20,125 nucleotides of DNA from Candidatus Methylomirabilia bacterium (GTDB taxonomy: Bacteria > Methylomirabilota > Methylomirabilia > Rokubacteriales > CSP1-6). The stretch spans positions 1 to 20,125 of the forward strand of contig JBGQEL010000078.1 in assembly GCA_041496385.1 (NCBI GenBank). Direction: 5' to 3'. Below are positions 1 to 8,859 of the stretch, piece after piece; position 1 is the stretch's first letter; the number at the start of each line of letters is the position of its first letter. The position numbers and the translations under genes are program-made. The notes beneath the pieces are model-generated. The model was not told the DNA's origin, ran no database searches, and worked only from the letters and a program-made list of their open reading frames with translations.

Positions 1-384
1 AGCGTGACCGAGCGCTCCTGGCCGGAAGTCGCCGCACGCCGTCGCCAGAACTACCAGCGCCTGCTGGATCGTGTCGCCGGGCTCCCCGGCGTGCGCCCGC
101 TCTATCCGAGCCTCGGCGCCGATGTCTGCCCCTACGCGTTTCCGCTCCTCGTCGACGGCTCGAGCGCGGACCTCGTCGGCAGGCTCCGGGCTCGCGGCAT
201 TCCCGCCAGCCGCTGGCCCGATCTACCACCGGAAGTCCTCGCGCGGCCGGACCTGCACCGCGTCGCACTGCTGACGTACGAGCGCCTCGCTTTGCTGCCG
301 GTGCATCAGAGCCTCAGCGCCGCCCAGCTCGGCCGCATCGGCGACGAGCTTGGCGCCGCGCTGACGGGACGGGCGGCGGCGTGA
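1..384 (+). CDS. DegT/DnrJ/EryC1/StrS-like PLP-dependent sugar aminotransferase, C-terminal part (5' truncated by window edge)
   Basis: Frame is open from base 1 to TGA at 382-384. 'RRRQNYQRLLDRVAGLPGVRPL...CPYAFPLLV...LRARGIPASRWPDLP...LALLPVHQSL' matches the typical DegT-family C-terminal pattern (RR.N...L / L...GI / L.LP.H..L). The PLP lysine is not in the window. Confidence 0.7.
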   Translation, partial: SVTERSWPEVAARRRQNYQRLLDRVAGLPGVRPLYPSLGADVCPYAFPLLVDGSSADLVGRLRARGIPASRWPDLPPEVLARPDLHRVALLTYERLALLPVHQSLSAAQLGRIGDELGAALTGRAAA

Positions 385-1403
385 TGCGGCTCGTCGTCCG
401 CGAGTTTTCGCAGTCGGAGTGGACGGAGATCGTCTCCGAGTTCCAGGACCTGAGCCTGATGCAGCTGTGGGAGTACGGCGAGGCCAAGGCGGCGCTGGAG
501 TCCTGGCGCGTGGAACGCGCCGTGTTCGTCGAGGGTGACCGCGTGGCCGGGGCGGCGCAGGCGCTGTTGCGCACCGTACCGTGGGTGGGGCGCGGCCTCG
601 TGCGGATCAACCGTGGCCCGCTCTGGCGCCGGCTACCCGACGAGCCCGCGGGCCGCGTGGCGGCGATGCTCGCCGAGATACGGCGCCACTGGGTGGAGGG
701 GCGGCGGATGTACGTTCGTGTGGCGCCGCCCGTGCGCGACGCGGATCTCGGCGCCGCGGCCGTCGACGGCGCCGGCTACGCGCGCGTGGCATGGCCGCCC
801 GCGTGGTCGTCGGCGCGGCTCGACCTGACAGCGGACATTGCCACCCTTCGGGCACGGCTCGACCAGAAATGGCGCAACGGCTTGAACAAGGCCGAACGGC
901 TGGGCGTCACCGTACAGGACGGCGTCGAGCAGTTTCCGGTGGTCGTCGCGGAGCACGCCGCAATGCTCCGCGCGCGGGGCTACGAGACCACCGTGTCGCC
1001 GGAGCTTTTGGAGCGGCTGCAGCGGCTCCTGCCGCCCGGGCGGCGGCTCTGGGCCTTGCGGGCGAGCCTTGGGGACGCCTCGCTCGGCGGCGTGCTCGTC
1101 GCGCGTTACGGGGACGTGGCGGAGTACCTGGTGGGTGCCGTCGGCGAGGAAGGTCGGCGGATGAATGTCGGGAATCTTCTGCTGTGGGCGGCGCTCTGCC
1201 GGATGAAAGCGCTGGGCTGCCGGTGGTTCGACCTTGGCGGCATGGATGCCGAGCGGACCCCGGCCGGCATCCTCCATTTCAAGGCCGGCCTGGGCGGCAG
1301 CGAGTACCGGCTCGCGGGTGAGTTCGAGTCCGAGGGCGGAGACTGGCTCAGTCAGGCCGTGCGCTGGCGCGTGAATCGCGCGGTGCAGAAGGTTCGGGGC
1401 TGA
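384..1403 (+). CDS. FemAB/FemX-like GNAT-fold transferase (possible aminoacyl/acyl transferase)
   Basis: N-terminal 'SLMQLWEYGEAK', 'INRGPLW', 'LDQKWRNGLNKAER', and C-terminal 'NLLLWAAL...GCRWFDLGG...GILHFKAGLGG' are FemAB-like hallmarks. ATG at 384 overlaps the upstream TGA; an in-frame GTG at 381 is an alternative start. Confidence 0.8.
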   Translation: MRLVVREFSQSEWTEIVSEFQDLSLMQLWEYGEAKAALESWRVERAVFVEGDRVAGAAQALLRTVPWVGRGLVRINRGPLWRRLPDEPAGRVAAMLAEIRRHWVEGRRMYVRVAPPVRDADLGAAAVDGAGYARVAWPPAWSSARLDLTADIATLRARLDQKWRNGLNKAERLGVTVQDGVEQFPVVVAEHAAMLRARGYETTVSPELLERLQRLLPPGRRLWALRASLGDASLGGVLVARYGDVAEYLVGAVGEEGRRMNVGNLLLWAALCRMKALGCRWFDLGGMDAERTPAGILHFKAGLGGSEYRLAGEFESEGGDWLSQAVRWRVNRAVQKVRG

Positions 1404-1404
1404 C

Positions 1405-2307
1405 GTGATCGCGAGCGTCCGCGGCCGGTGGCGGTATCGGCTGGGCCGGGGCTGGCTCCATGCGCACCGGACCGCCCAGCGGCTGAGGCGTCGGGCGATT
1501 CCGGGTTCCTTTAGAATCCTGCTGTTACATGATGTGCCCTCGGATCGACTCGAAGCCCTCGAGCGGCTCGTGCGCCACGTGAAGGAGGCGCACGGCATCA
1601 TCGATCCGGCCACCGCCGGGGCGTGGCTTGCTGGTCGGCGGCTGCCCTCGGCCGGCGGGCGAACGCCGTTGCTCTTCAGCTTCGACGACGGTTTCCAGTC
1701 GCAGGCCGTCGGCGCGAGGGAGATCCTCGACCGGCACGGGGTCAAGGCGGTCTTCTTCGTCTGCCCCGGCCTCGTCGACATGGCCCAGGATCGTCAGCAC
1801 GAGACGATCGCGCGGTTCGTTTTCGAGGGGCGGGTCCGCGCCTCCGAGCTCTCGGCCGAGACAGCCCTGGCCTCGTGGGCCGACCTCGAGGCCGTCCGGA
1901 ACGCGGGGCACGCGATCGGCTCCCACGCGCTCCTCCATCGCCGACTGTCCGGGCTCTCGAGCGCGGAACGGCGTCGCGAGATCGTTGGGGCCGCCGATGC
2001 CCTCGTCAAGCGCCTCGGCGGCGCCGTCGAGTGGTTCGCCTACCCGTTCGGCGATCTGGCGAGCATCGACCGGGAGTCCTACGCAATCATCGCCGAGCGC
2101 CACGCGCTCGGCTGCAGCGGGATCCGCGGCCTGAATGGGCCGGGAACGCATCCGCTCGGGCTCCTGCGGGAGGAGCTGGACCTCGGCGCCCCGTTTCCGT
2201 ACCAGCAGCTCGTGCTGGAGGGTGGTCTGGACCTCCGCTACGCGACCCGGGTGCGACGCCTGCGGACGCTGCTCCCCGGACACGCGGTGCACGCGGAGCG
2301 ACCATGA
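1405..2307 (+). CDS. Polysaccharide deacetylase (NodB/CE4, IcaB-like)
   Basis: Motif 1 'SFDDG', metal-binding 'GSHALLH', 'FAYPFG', and N-terminal 'ILLLHDV'. No hydrophobic signal peptide is visible. Confidence 0.88.
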   Translation: MIASVRGRWRYRLGRGWLHAHRTAQRLRRRAIPGSFRILLLHDVPSDRLEALERLVRHVKEAHGIIDPATAGAWLAGRRLPSAGGRTPLLFSFDDGFQSQAVGAREILDRHGVKAVFFVCPGLVDMAQDRQHETIARFVFEGRVRASELSAETALASWADLEAVRNAGHAIGSHALLHRRLSGLSSAERRREIVGAADALVKRLGGAVEWFAYPFGDLASIDRESYAIIAERHALGCSGIRGLNGPGTHPLGLLREELDLGAPFPYQQLVLEGGLDLRYATRVRRLRTLLPGHAVHAERP

Positions 2308-3632
2308 GGGTCAGCAAGAGCTCGATGTTCGCCGGGCTGGTCGTGGCGTACCTGATGCTCTTCGAGTGGAAGGTGTTCAACGCCGACTCTCTGCGGCCGT
2401 TCGTGGACGCGGCAAAGTTCGCGATCCCCGTGCTGCTGTTCCTCCTTGTGCCGCTGCGGAAGCCGCGGACGAGATGGGCCGCCCTCTACTTCGCGCTGTC
2501 CGCAGCCTTCCTCGCGTGGGGGCTCGTGCCGTGTTTCTTCTCGCCCAAGTACTCCGAGACGCTCGTGCAGTGGCTGAAGTTCGTTCCGCGTCTCCTGGTC
2601 GCGGCGCTGGTCGCCGGCTATCTCGTCCTGCGCCCGCAGGCGACGATCAAGATTTTCAAGCTCCTGGTGATCATCGGCGCGCTCGCGATGGTCCAGTTCG
2701 CGGTGCTGCTGCCGGTGTTCCTGTTCGAGCTCGCCCCGGGCTTCGAGATCCCTGGGGTGAACGGCGTCTTCTACGGCCCGTTCGGACTCCTGGGGGACCA
2801 GGCCTCCCAGGTGAAGTGGTGGTCGTCGGCGTACCTGCCGGTGCCGCGGCTCACGGGTTTCTGGCCCGAGCCCAGCAATGCCAGCGGGTTCCTGGTCGCG
2901 GCATTCTTCCTCGCGCAGGCGGTCTACGCGGCAGAGGGCCGGCAACGCTGGCGATGGCTCTCCTATCTCTGCCTGCTCGGCGGCTTCGCGGGTCTGGCCG
3001 GCGCCGGCTACGTCGCCCTCGCCGCGAGCGCCATGTGGGGTGTCCTTATCGTCAGGAAGCGGCCGGGGCGGAGATGGTCCGGAGCCCTGGTGGGCGCGCT
3101 CGCGATCGGGCTCGTGGTCTTCGCCGTCGGTGGTCGCCTCATCCCGAGGGACTACCTCGAGGACAGGCCTCTGCTGAGGGCGGCCGCCGGCGTGCGGACC
3201 CAGGACGAGCAAGACGTCGAAGAGCTCTATGGCGGCCGCCTGGAGCTGCTTTCCCAGAATGTGCAGGTCTGGAAGGAGGAGCCGTTCGGCGTGGGGTTCA
3301 GGATCCCCGGCAAGGGCTTCTTCGACGAGGCTTCCGCCTCGGCGCCCGTCCTCTGGCTGACCTATTCGGGCCTCGTGGGCTTGCTCATCCTTCTGGGTGT
3401 CCAGGCCTGCGTCTTTCAGGCCGCGCTCAGCCAGTCGCGACGCTCCGCGGTGAGCGCCAGAGTGGCCCAGGCCTTCGTCGCCCTCTTCGCCCAGCACCTC
3501 TCGCACGGGACCTGGATGTCGCCGCTCTATATCGTCCTATGCGTCGTCGTGGTGCTCGGTGGTCGCGCCTGGGCCCCGGCGACTCCCGCGGTCGATCAGC
3601 CTGATCTCGAGCCGTGGCCACAGCCTGTCTGA
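2304..3632 (+). CDS. wzy: Polytopic membrane protein, probable O-antigen/capsule polymerase (Wzy family)
   Basis: Likely true start is ATG at 2304 (ATGA overlap, GGAG at 2295-2298), not 1623 as in the ORF track; 442 aa. It has many hydrophobic segments, an 'RLTGFWPEPSNASGFL' (R..G...EP) motif, and a large late loop ending 'PFGVGF...LWLTYSGLVGL'. The H-N/S motif of WaaL ligases is absent at that position. Confidence 0.65.
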   Translation: MRVSKSSMFAGLVVAYLMLFEWKVFNADSLRPFVDAAKFAIPVLLFLLVPLRKPRTRWAALYFALSAAFLAWGLVPCFFSPKYSETLVQWLKFVPRLLVAALVAGYLVLRPQATIKIFKLLVIIGALAMVQFAVLLPVFLFELAPGFEIPGVNGVFYGPFGLLGDQASQVKWWSSAYLPVPRLTGFWPEPSNASGFLVAAFFLAQAVYAAEGRQRWRWLSYLCLLGGFAGLAGAGYVALAASAMWGVLIVRKRPGRRWSGALVGALAIGLVVFAVGGRLIPRDYLEDRPLLRAAAGVRTQDEQDVEELYGGRLELLSQNVQVWKEEPFGVGFRIPGKGFFDEASASAPVLWLTYSGLVGLLILLGVQACVFQAALSQSRRSAVSARVAQAFVALFAQHLSHGTWMSPLYIVLCVVVVLGGRAWAPATPAVDQPDLEPWPQPV

Positions 3633-4561
3633 CCGGCGCCAGCGGCTTCATCGGATCGCACGTGTTGAAGACTCTGGCGAGCCCCCCTGGTGCGTGCGTT
3701 CGGATCCTCACACGGCGTCCCTGGGATGCGACGTCGGCGAGCCCGGCCGTGCGGGTCGTCGTGGGCGACCTGCTGGACGCGGCGTCGCTGCGGCCCTTCG
3801 TCGATCGGGGTGCCGTGGTGGTCAATCTGGCGTATCTGGCCGGTCGCGCCGCCGAGAATCGCGCGGCGCTCGAGAACCTGGCGCGCGCGTGTGAAGCGGC
3901 CGGGGCGAGTCGCGTCGTTCACGTGAGCACCGCGGTCGTGGTCGGCCGCAGCCCGGTCCCGGTCGTGACGGAGCAGACGCCCTGTGCGCCGGCCAACGCG
4001 TATGAGGCCGCCAAGCTCGAAGGCGAGGAGATCCTCCTGGGCGCCCTGAAGGGGATCTGCCCGGTGACGATTCTCAGGCCGACCGAGGTCTTCGGCGAGG
4101 GCGGCCGGGGGCTCGTGAAGCTTGCGGACGGTGTCATGCGCGACTCGCCGCTGGCCGCGGCGCTGAAGCTCGCGCTCGTCGGACGCCGGAGGCTCAATCT
4201 GGTGTACGTCCAGAACGTCGCCGCGGCGATCAGGTTCCTCGCCACCACCGATGCGCCCGTCGATGGCCAGCGCTACATCGTGTCGGACGACGACGCCCCC
4301 GGGAACAACTACGCCGACGTGGTCCGGCTGCTCCGCCGGTCCTGGCAGCGGCCTCCGGCGCCCTCGCCCGTGGTGACGTGCCCGCCGGCGCTCCTCAGGG
4401 CGCTGCTGTGGGCGCGCGGCCGCTCCAACATCAACCCCGGGCGGACCTACAGCGCGGAACGCCTCGCCGCGCTCGGCTTCCGCGAGCGCATCCCGTTCGT
4501 GACCGGACTCGAGCGGTTCGCGCGCTGGTACGCGGCGCGACCATCGAGCAGCGCGGCGTAG
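3614..4561 (+). CDS. NAD-dependent epimerase/dehydratase (extended SDR)
   Basis: 'TGASGFIGS' Rossmann motif, 'HVSTAVV', catalytic 'YEAAK', 'LRPTEVFG'. GTG start overlaps wzy by 19 nt. Confidence 0.88.
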   Translation: MATACLTGASGFIGSHVLKTLASPPGACVRILTRRPWDATSASPAVRVVVGDLLDAASLRPFVDRGAVVVNLAYLAGRAAENRAALENLARACEAAGASRVVHVSTAVVVGRSPVPVVTEQTPCAPANAYEAAKLEGEEILLGALKGICPVTILRPTEVFGEGGRGLVKLADGVMRDSPLAAALKLALVGRRRLNLVYVQNVAAAIRFLATTDAPVDGQRYIVSDDDAPGNNYADVVRLLRRSWQRPPAPSPVVTCPPALLRALLWARGRSNINPGRTYSAERLAALGFRERIPFVTGLERFARWYAARPSSSAA

Positions 4562-5692
4562 ATGCGCGTGCTCAACGTCAACGTCGCGATGGACGCCGAG
4601 ACCGGTGGCGGCACGGCCGAGCGAACTCGCCAGATGAGTCGCTTCCTCGCGCGACGGGGCATCGACGTGGCGGTGCTCTTCACGCGGGCGGCCGGCGATC
4701 GAGAGCCTGATGGGCTCGACGGCGTGCAGCTCGTCGGGCTGCCCTGCCTGTGGCGGCGCTTTCGGACGCCCCGGCCGTGGCTGCGCGTGGTCCGCGACGC
4801 CGTCGCGCGCGCGGACATCGTGCACCTGATGGGTCACTGGAGCGTGCTCAACGCCTTGAGCTACGTCTTCGCGCGCCGTCTGGGTCGGCCGCACGTCGTC
4901 TGCCCGGCAGGCTCGCTGGTGCGGTTCGGCCGTTCCCGGCTTCTCAAGCACGGGTTCGATCTCACGGTCGGGCGTCGCATGATCGCCCAGGCGAGCGCGT
5001 GCGTTGCGATCACGCGGAGCGAAGTCGAGCAGTTTGAAGACTACGGGGTGACGGCCGAGCGTGTTACCGTGATCGCCAATGGCATCGAGGTCGAGGCTTA
5101 TGAGCAGGGGGATGCCAGCGCGTTTCGAGCCCGCCACGACCTCGGTGAACGGCCGATCGTCCTGTTCGTGGGGCGTCTGAACGAGATCAAGGGCCCCGAC
5201 CTGCTCGTGGCGGCGTTCGCCGACGCGATCCGCAGCCTGCGCGCGGACTATCAGCTGATCCTCTGCGGTCCCGACGAGGGATTGGAGAACCGCCTGCGCG
5301 CCTCGAGCCGCGCTCTCGGCATCGAGGGCCGCGTGCGGTTCCTCGGCTACGTGGGCGGCGCCGACAAGGTGAACGCCTACCACGCGGCCGAGCTGGTCGT
5401 GATTCCGTCGCGCCACGAGTCCATGTCCATCGTTGCGCTGGAGGCGGGCGCTGCCGGCGCACCCGTGCTCCTCACCGATCGCTGCGGCTTCGACGAGATC
5501 GCCGAGGTGGACGGGGGACGCGTGGTCCCGGCGTCGGTCATGGGCCTCCGGGCGGGGCTGGCCGAGATGCTCGACAACTCGGCGCGCCTCCGCGACATGG
5601 GCCGCAACCTTCGCGGGCTCATCGCCAAGCGATACGCCTGGGAGATCCTGGTCGAGGAATACCTGACCCTGTACCGCGGGATTCGGGCGTGA
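4562..5692 (+). CDS. Glycosyltransferase family 4 (GT-B, retaining)
   Basis: 'GGGTAER', 'VIANGIE', 'LFVGRLNEIKGPDLL', and the EX7E motif 'PSRHESMSIVALEAGAAG'. ATG directly follows the upstream TAG. Confidence 0.92.
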   Translation: MRVLNVNVAMDAETGGGTAERTRQMSRFLARRGIDVAVLFTRAAGDREPDGLDGVQLVGLPCLWRRFRTPRPWLRVVRDAVARADIVHLMGHWSVLNALSYVFARRLGRPHVVCPAGSLVRFGRSRLLKHGFDLTVGRRMIAQASACVAITRSEVEQFEDYGVTAERVTVIANGIEVEAYEQGDASAFRARHDLGERPIVLFVGRLNEIKGPDLLVAAFADAIRSLRADYQLILCGPDEGLENRLRASSRALGIEGRVRFLGYVGGADKVNAYHAAELVVIPSRHESMSIVALEAGAAGAPVLLTDRCGFDEIAEVDGGRVVPASVMGLRAGLAEMLDNSARLRDMGRNLRGLIAKRYAWEILVEEYLTLYRGIRA

Positions 5693-6912
5693 GGATCCTC
5701 GTCGTCTCCCAGTACTTCTGGCCGGAATCGTTTCCGATCAACCAGCTCGCGTCGACGCTGCGGGCGCGTGGCCACGAGGTCGTCGTCCTGACCGGCTTTC
5801 CGAACTATCCGACGGGCAAGATCTATCCCGGGTACCGGCAGCGGCTCTTCCAGCGCGAGGACCACGGCGGCATCGAGGTGATCCGTGTCCCACTCCACCC
5901 GGACCGCAGCTATTCGCCGATACGACGCGGCTGGAACTACCTGTCGTTCATGCTGTCGGCGACCGCGCTGGGGCCCCTGCTCGTGGGGCGGGTCGACCGG
6001 ATCATCGTCTTCCAGGTGAGCCCCATCACTGCCGCCTTTCCCGCCGTCGTCCTCCGTGCCCTCAGGCGGGCGCCGCTGTACCTGTGGGTGCAGGACATCT
6101 GGCCCGAGACGCTCGAGGCCACCGACGCGGTCCGCCACCCGCTCGTCCTGCGGCTCGTGCGGCGATTCGTCGATTTCATCTACCGCCACAGCGACGTGAT
6201 CCTCGTCCAGTCGCGAGGGTTCATCGACCGCATCCGCAGCGCGGGCGTCGATGCCGCCAAGCTCGTCTACCTGCCCAACTGGGCGGACGATCTCTACCGT
6301 CCGGTGCCCCGCGACGAGGATCTGGCGCGGAAAGAGGACATGGCCGGGGGATTCCACGTCGTCTTCGCCGGCAACATCGGCCGGGCCCAGGACTTCGACA
6401 CGCTGCTCGGCGCCGCCACCCGGCTCCGCCACGAGCCGGCCATCCGGTTCGTCATCCTCGGTGACGGCGCGATGGCCGAGCACTACGCCGAGCGGGCCCG
6501 GGCCGAGGGCCTCGTGAATATGGACTTCAAGGGACGGAAGGCGGCCGAGGCGATGCCGCGCTACTTCGCGCTCGCGGACGCCCTGCTGGTTCTGCTGCGC
6601 CGCGAGCCGGTCTTCGCCTTGACGGTGCCGACGAAGCTCCAGGCCTACCTGGCGTGCGGGCGGCCGGTGGTGGCGGCCGTCGAAGGCGACGCGGCCGCCG
6701 TCGTCCGCGAGTCCGGCGGCGGCGTGGTCTGCAAGCCCGGCGATCCGGACGCGCTCGCGGAGGCCATCCTCCGCCTCTACCGGCTCTCGCCCGGAGAGCG
6801 CGAGGCCATCGGCCGCGCGGCGTCGGCTTTCGGCCGGACGCACTTCGACCGGACCGCGATCATCGACCGGCTCGAGCGGCTGCTCGAGGCCGGGCCGCCG
6901 GCGGCGCGATGA
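5689..6912 (+). CDS. Glycosyltransferase family 4, WbuB/WbjE/Cap5L-like (L-6-deoxy-HexNAc transferase)
   Basis: 'ILVVSQYFWPE', 'VLTGFPNYPTGKIY', 'NYLSF', 'VQDIWPE', 'YLPNWA', 'FAGNIGRAQD', 'PTKLQAYLACGRP' are typical of the WbuB-like group. GTGA overlap with the upstream gene. Confidence 0.88.
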   Translation: MRILVVSQYFWPESFPINQLASTLRARGHEVVVLTGFPNYPTGKIYPGYRQRLFQREDHGGIEVIRVPLHPDRSYSPIRRGWNYLSFMLSATALGPLLVGRVDRIIVFQVSPITAAFPAVVLRALRRAPLYLWVQDIWPETLEATDAVRHPLVLRLVRRFVDFIYRHSDVILVQSRGFIDRIRSAGVDAAKLVYLPNWADDLYRPVPRDEDLARKEDMAGGFHVVFAGNIGRAQDFDTLLGAATRLRHEPAIRFVILGDGAMAEHYAERARAEGLVNMDFKGRKAAEAMPRYFALADALLVLLRREPVFALTVPTKLQAYLACGRPVVAAVEGDAAAVVRESGGGVVCKPGDPDALAEAILRLYRLSPGEREAIGRAASAFGRTHFDRTAIIDRLERLLEAGPPAAR

Positions 6913-7808
6913 GGGTCCTCATCCTCGGCGGCGCGGGCATGCTCGGACACAAGCTCTGGCAGGCACTGCGCGACCGGTTCGACGTGTACGTCAGCGTCCG
7001 GCGCGAGGCAGCCTACTACGCGCGGTTCGACCTCTTCGAGGCCGATCGCCTCCGCGGCGACGTCGATGCGTTCCGGCTGGACGACGTGCAGGCGGCGCTC
7101 ACCTGGGCGCGGCCCGACGTGGTCGTGAACGCGGTCGGTATCATCAAGCAATTGCCCGTGGCAGCGGATGTGCTCGTCAGCCTCGAGATCAATGCGCTGC
7201 TGCCTCAGCGGCTCGCCCTCGTGTGCCGGGCGCGTCGCTCGCGCCTGATCCACTTCAGCACCGATTGCGTGTTCTCCGGGCTAACCGGCGGATACACCGA
7301 AGACTCGCTGCCGGACGCGACGGACCTGTACGGACGAACGAAGTTCCTCGGCGAGGTCGATGGCGACGGCGTGCTGACGCTGCGCACCTCGATCGTCGGG
7401 CGGGAGCTGGAGACGAGCTCCGGGCTGCTCGAGTGGACGCTCGCGCAGCGCGGGCGCCGCTGCACGGGATACGCGCGCGCCGTGTTCTCGGGCCTCACCA
7501 CGGAGGTCGTCGCGGGGCTGGTCGGCGACCTCATCGCCGACCGGCCGGACCTGAGCGGTCTGTACCATGTCTCCGGAGATCCCATCGCCAAGCACGACCT
7601 GCTGCGGCTGATCGACGACGCCTACCAGCTCGGCCTCACGGTCGAGCGGGAGACCGAGCACGTCTACGACCGCAGCCTCGACTCGACGCGGTTCCGTCGC
7701 CTGACCGGCTGGCAGCCGCCGCCCTGGCCGGAGATGATCGCGCGGCTCCGCAAGGACTCCACCCCCTACGACGAATGGCGGGAGAGGAGGGCACGCTATG
7801 GTGCTTGA
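6909..7808 (+). CDS. RmlD-family SDR reductase (WbvR/QnlA-like UDP-4-keto-6-deoxy-L-HexNAc reductase candidate)
   Basis: Start is ATG at 6909 (ATGA overlap); 299 aa. 'ILGGAGMLG', 'HFSTDCVFSG', 'YGRTK', 'LRTSIVG', 'DRSLDS'. There is no C-terminal cupin domain. Confidence 0.82.
   Translation: MRVLILGGAGMLGHKLWQALRDRFDVYVSVRREAAYYARFDLFEADRLRGDVDAFRLDDVQAALTWARPDVVVNAVGIIKQLPVAADVLVSLEINALLPQRLALVCRARRSRLIHFSTDCVFSGLTGGYTEDSLPDATDLYGRTKFLGEVDGDGVLTLRTSIVGRELETSSGLLEWTLAQRGRRCTGYARAVFSGLTTEVVAGLVGDLIADRPDLSGLYHVSGDPIAKHDLLRLIDDAYQLGLTVERETEHVYDRSLDSTRFRRLTGWQPPPWPEMIARLRKDSTPYDEWRERRARYGA
7781..7790 (+). promoter_or_regulatory. Shine-Dalgarno sequence for the fnlA-like gene
   Basis: GGAGAGGAGG ends 7 nt before ATG 7798 and lies within the 3' end of the upstream reductase gene. 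Confidence 0.7.
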
Positions 7809-8859
7809 CGGCAAGCGCGTGCTGATCACGGGCGGCACGGGCTCCCTCGGGCGGGCGCTCACGCGACGCATCCTGGCCGGGGATGGGGGCACGCCGCGGA
7901 AGGTGCTGATCTTCAGCCGGGACGAAGCCAAGCAGCACGCCATGCGGATGGAGTACCAGCAGCGCCGCGTCGCTACCGACGAGGTCATCTACCACAACTT
8001 CGAGGAAGCGATCGAGTTCCGCATCGGGGACGTCCGCGACTATCACGCCGTGGCCGCGGCGGTGCGCGACGCGGATATCGTGTTCAACGCCGCGGCCCTC
8101 AAGCAGGTCCCGACCTGCGAATACTTCCCGTGGGAAGCCGTCCGGACGAACGTCGAAGGACCCGAGAACATCGTTCGCGTGATCCGCGAGCTCCGGCTGC
8201 CCGTGGAGGCGGTGGTGGGAATCTCCACCGACAAGGCATGCAAGCCGGTCAACGTCATGGGCATGACGAAGGCCATCCAGGAGCGCATCTTCCTCAGCGC
8301 CAACATCAGCTGCCCGTCGACCCGCTTCGTCTGCGTACGGTACGGCAACGTGCTCGCCTCGCGTGGGTCGGTCATCCCGCTCTTCCTCGACCAGATCCGT
8401 CACGGCGGCCCGGTCACGATCACGACACCCGAGATGACCCGCTTCCTGTTGAGCCTCGACCAGGCCGTCGACGTGATCTTCGGCGCGCTCCGCAGCGCGC
8501 GGGCGGGCGAGATGTTCATCCCGAAGGCGCCGGCGGCGCGCGTGATCGATCTCGCCGCAGCCCTCATCGACGCCCGCCCGATCGAGGTGAAGGTCGTCGG
8601 CATCCGGCCCGGCGAGAAGGTGCACGAGATCCTCATCTCGGAGGAGGAGTGCCATCGGTCCTTCGACTGCGGCGCCTTCTACGGCGTCCGACCGATCCTG
8701 CCAGAGCTCGACCGCGATCCGACGCGGCCTCCGGTCTTCTCCACCGAGTACAGCTCGGCGCTCGACGTGCTCTCGCGGGAGGAGGCGCGCGCGCTGCTCG
8801 CCCGCCACCGACTGCGAATGGAGGATGTCCTCGAGGACGAGGGAGAACTGCCGCGGTGA
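7798..8859 (+). CDS. fnlA: UDP-GlcNAc 4,6-dehydratase/5-epimerase (inverting), FnlA/WbjB/CapE-like
   Basis: 'ITGGTGSLG', 'FSRDEAKQ', 'IGDVRD', 'AAALKQVPTCE', 'STDKA', 'VMGMTK' (Met rather than the Tyr of PseB), 'RYGNVLASRGSVIPLF', 'GIRPGEKVHE'. Strong SD GGAGAGGAGG lies upstream. Confidence 0.85.
   Translation: MVLDGKRVLITGGTGSLGRALTRRILAGDGGTPRKVLIFSRDEAKQHAMRMEYQQRRVATDEVIYHNFEEAIEFRIGDVRDYHAVAAAVRDADIVFNAAALKQVPTCEYFPWEAVRTNVEGPENIVRVIRELRLPVEAVVGISTDKACKPVNVMGMTKAIQERIFLSANISCPSTRFVCVRYGNVLASRGSVIPLFLDQIRHGGPVTITTPEMTRFLLSLDQAVDVIFGALRSARAGEMFIPKAPAARVIDLAAALIDARPIEVKVVGIRPGEKVHEILISEEECHRSFDCGAFYGVRPILPELDRDPTRPPVFSTEYSSALDVLSREEARALLARHRLRMEDVLEDEGELPR

Noticed and set aside
1405..1500. 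Twin-arginine (Tat) signal in the deacetylase (RLRRRAIPG)
   Set aside because: There is no S/T-R-R-x-F-L consensus and no following hydrophobic region.
1623..2303. Apparent N-terminal extensions or fusions in the ORF track (1623, 6654, 8130, 9272, 10678, 11769, 13151, 16612, 17718 starts)
   Set aside because: The extensions are Arg/Gly/Pro-rich off-frame readings of the upstream genes. Family homology begins at or just after the upstream stop codon, mostly at ATGA/GTGA overlaps.
2304..3632. O-antigen ligase (WaaL) assignment
   Set aside because: The His of the WaaL H-N/S motif is missing after the large loop, and the position among glycosyltransferases favours Wzy. WaaL is not fully excluded without an HMM search.
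7798..8859. pseB assignment
   Set aside because: It has MGMTK rather than YGATK and KQVPTCE rather than KQVPAAE, and it is flanked by FnlC-like and WbuB-like genes.
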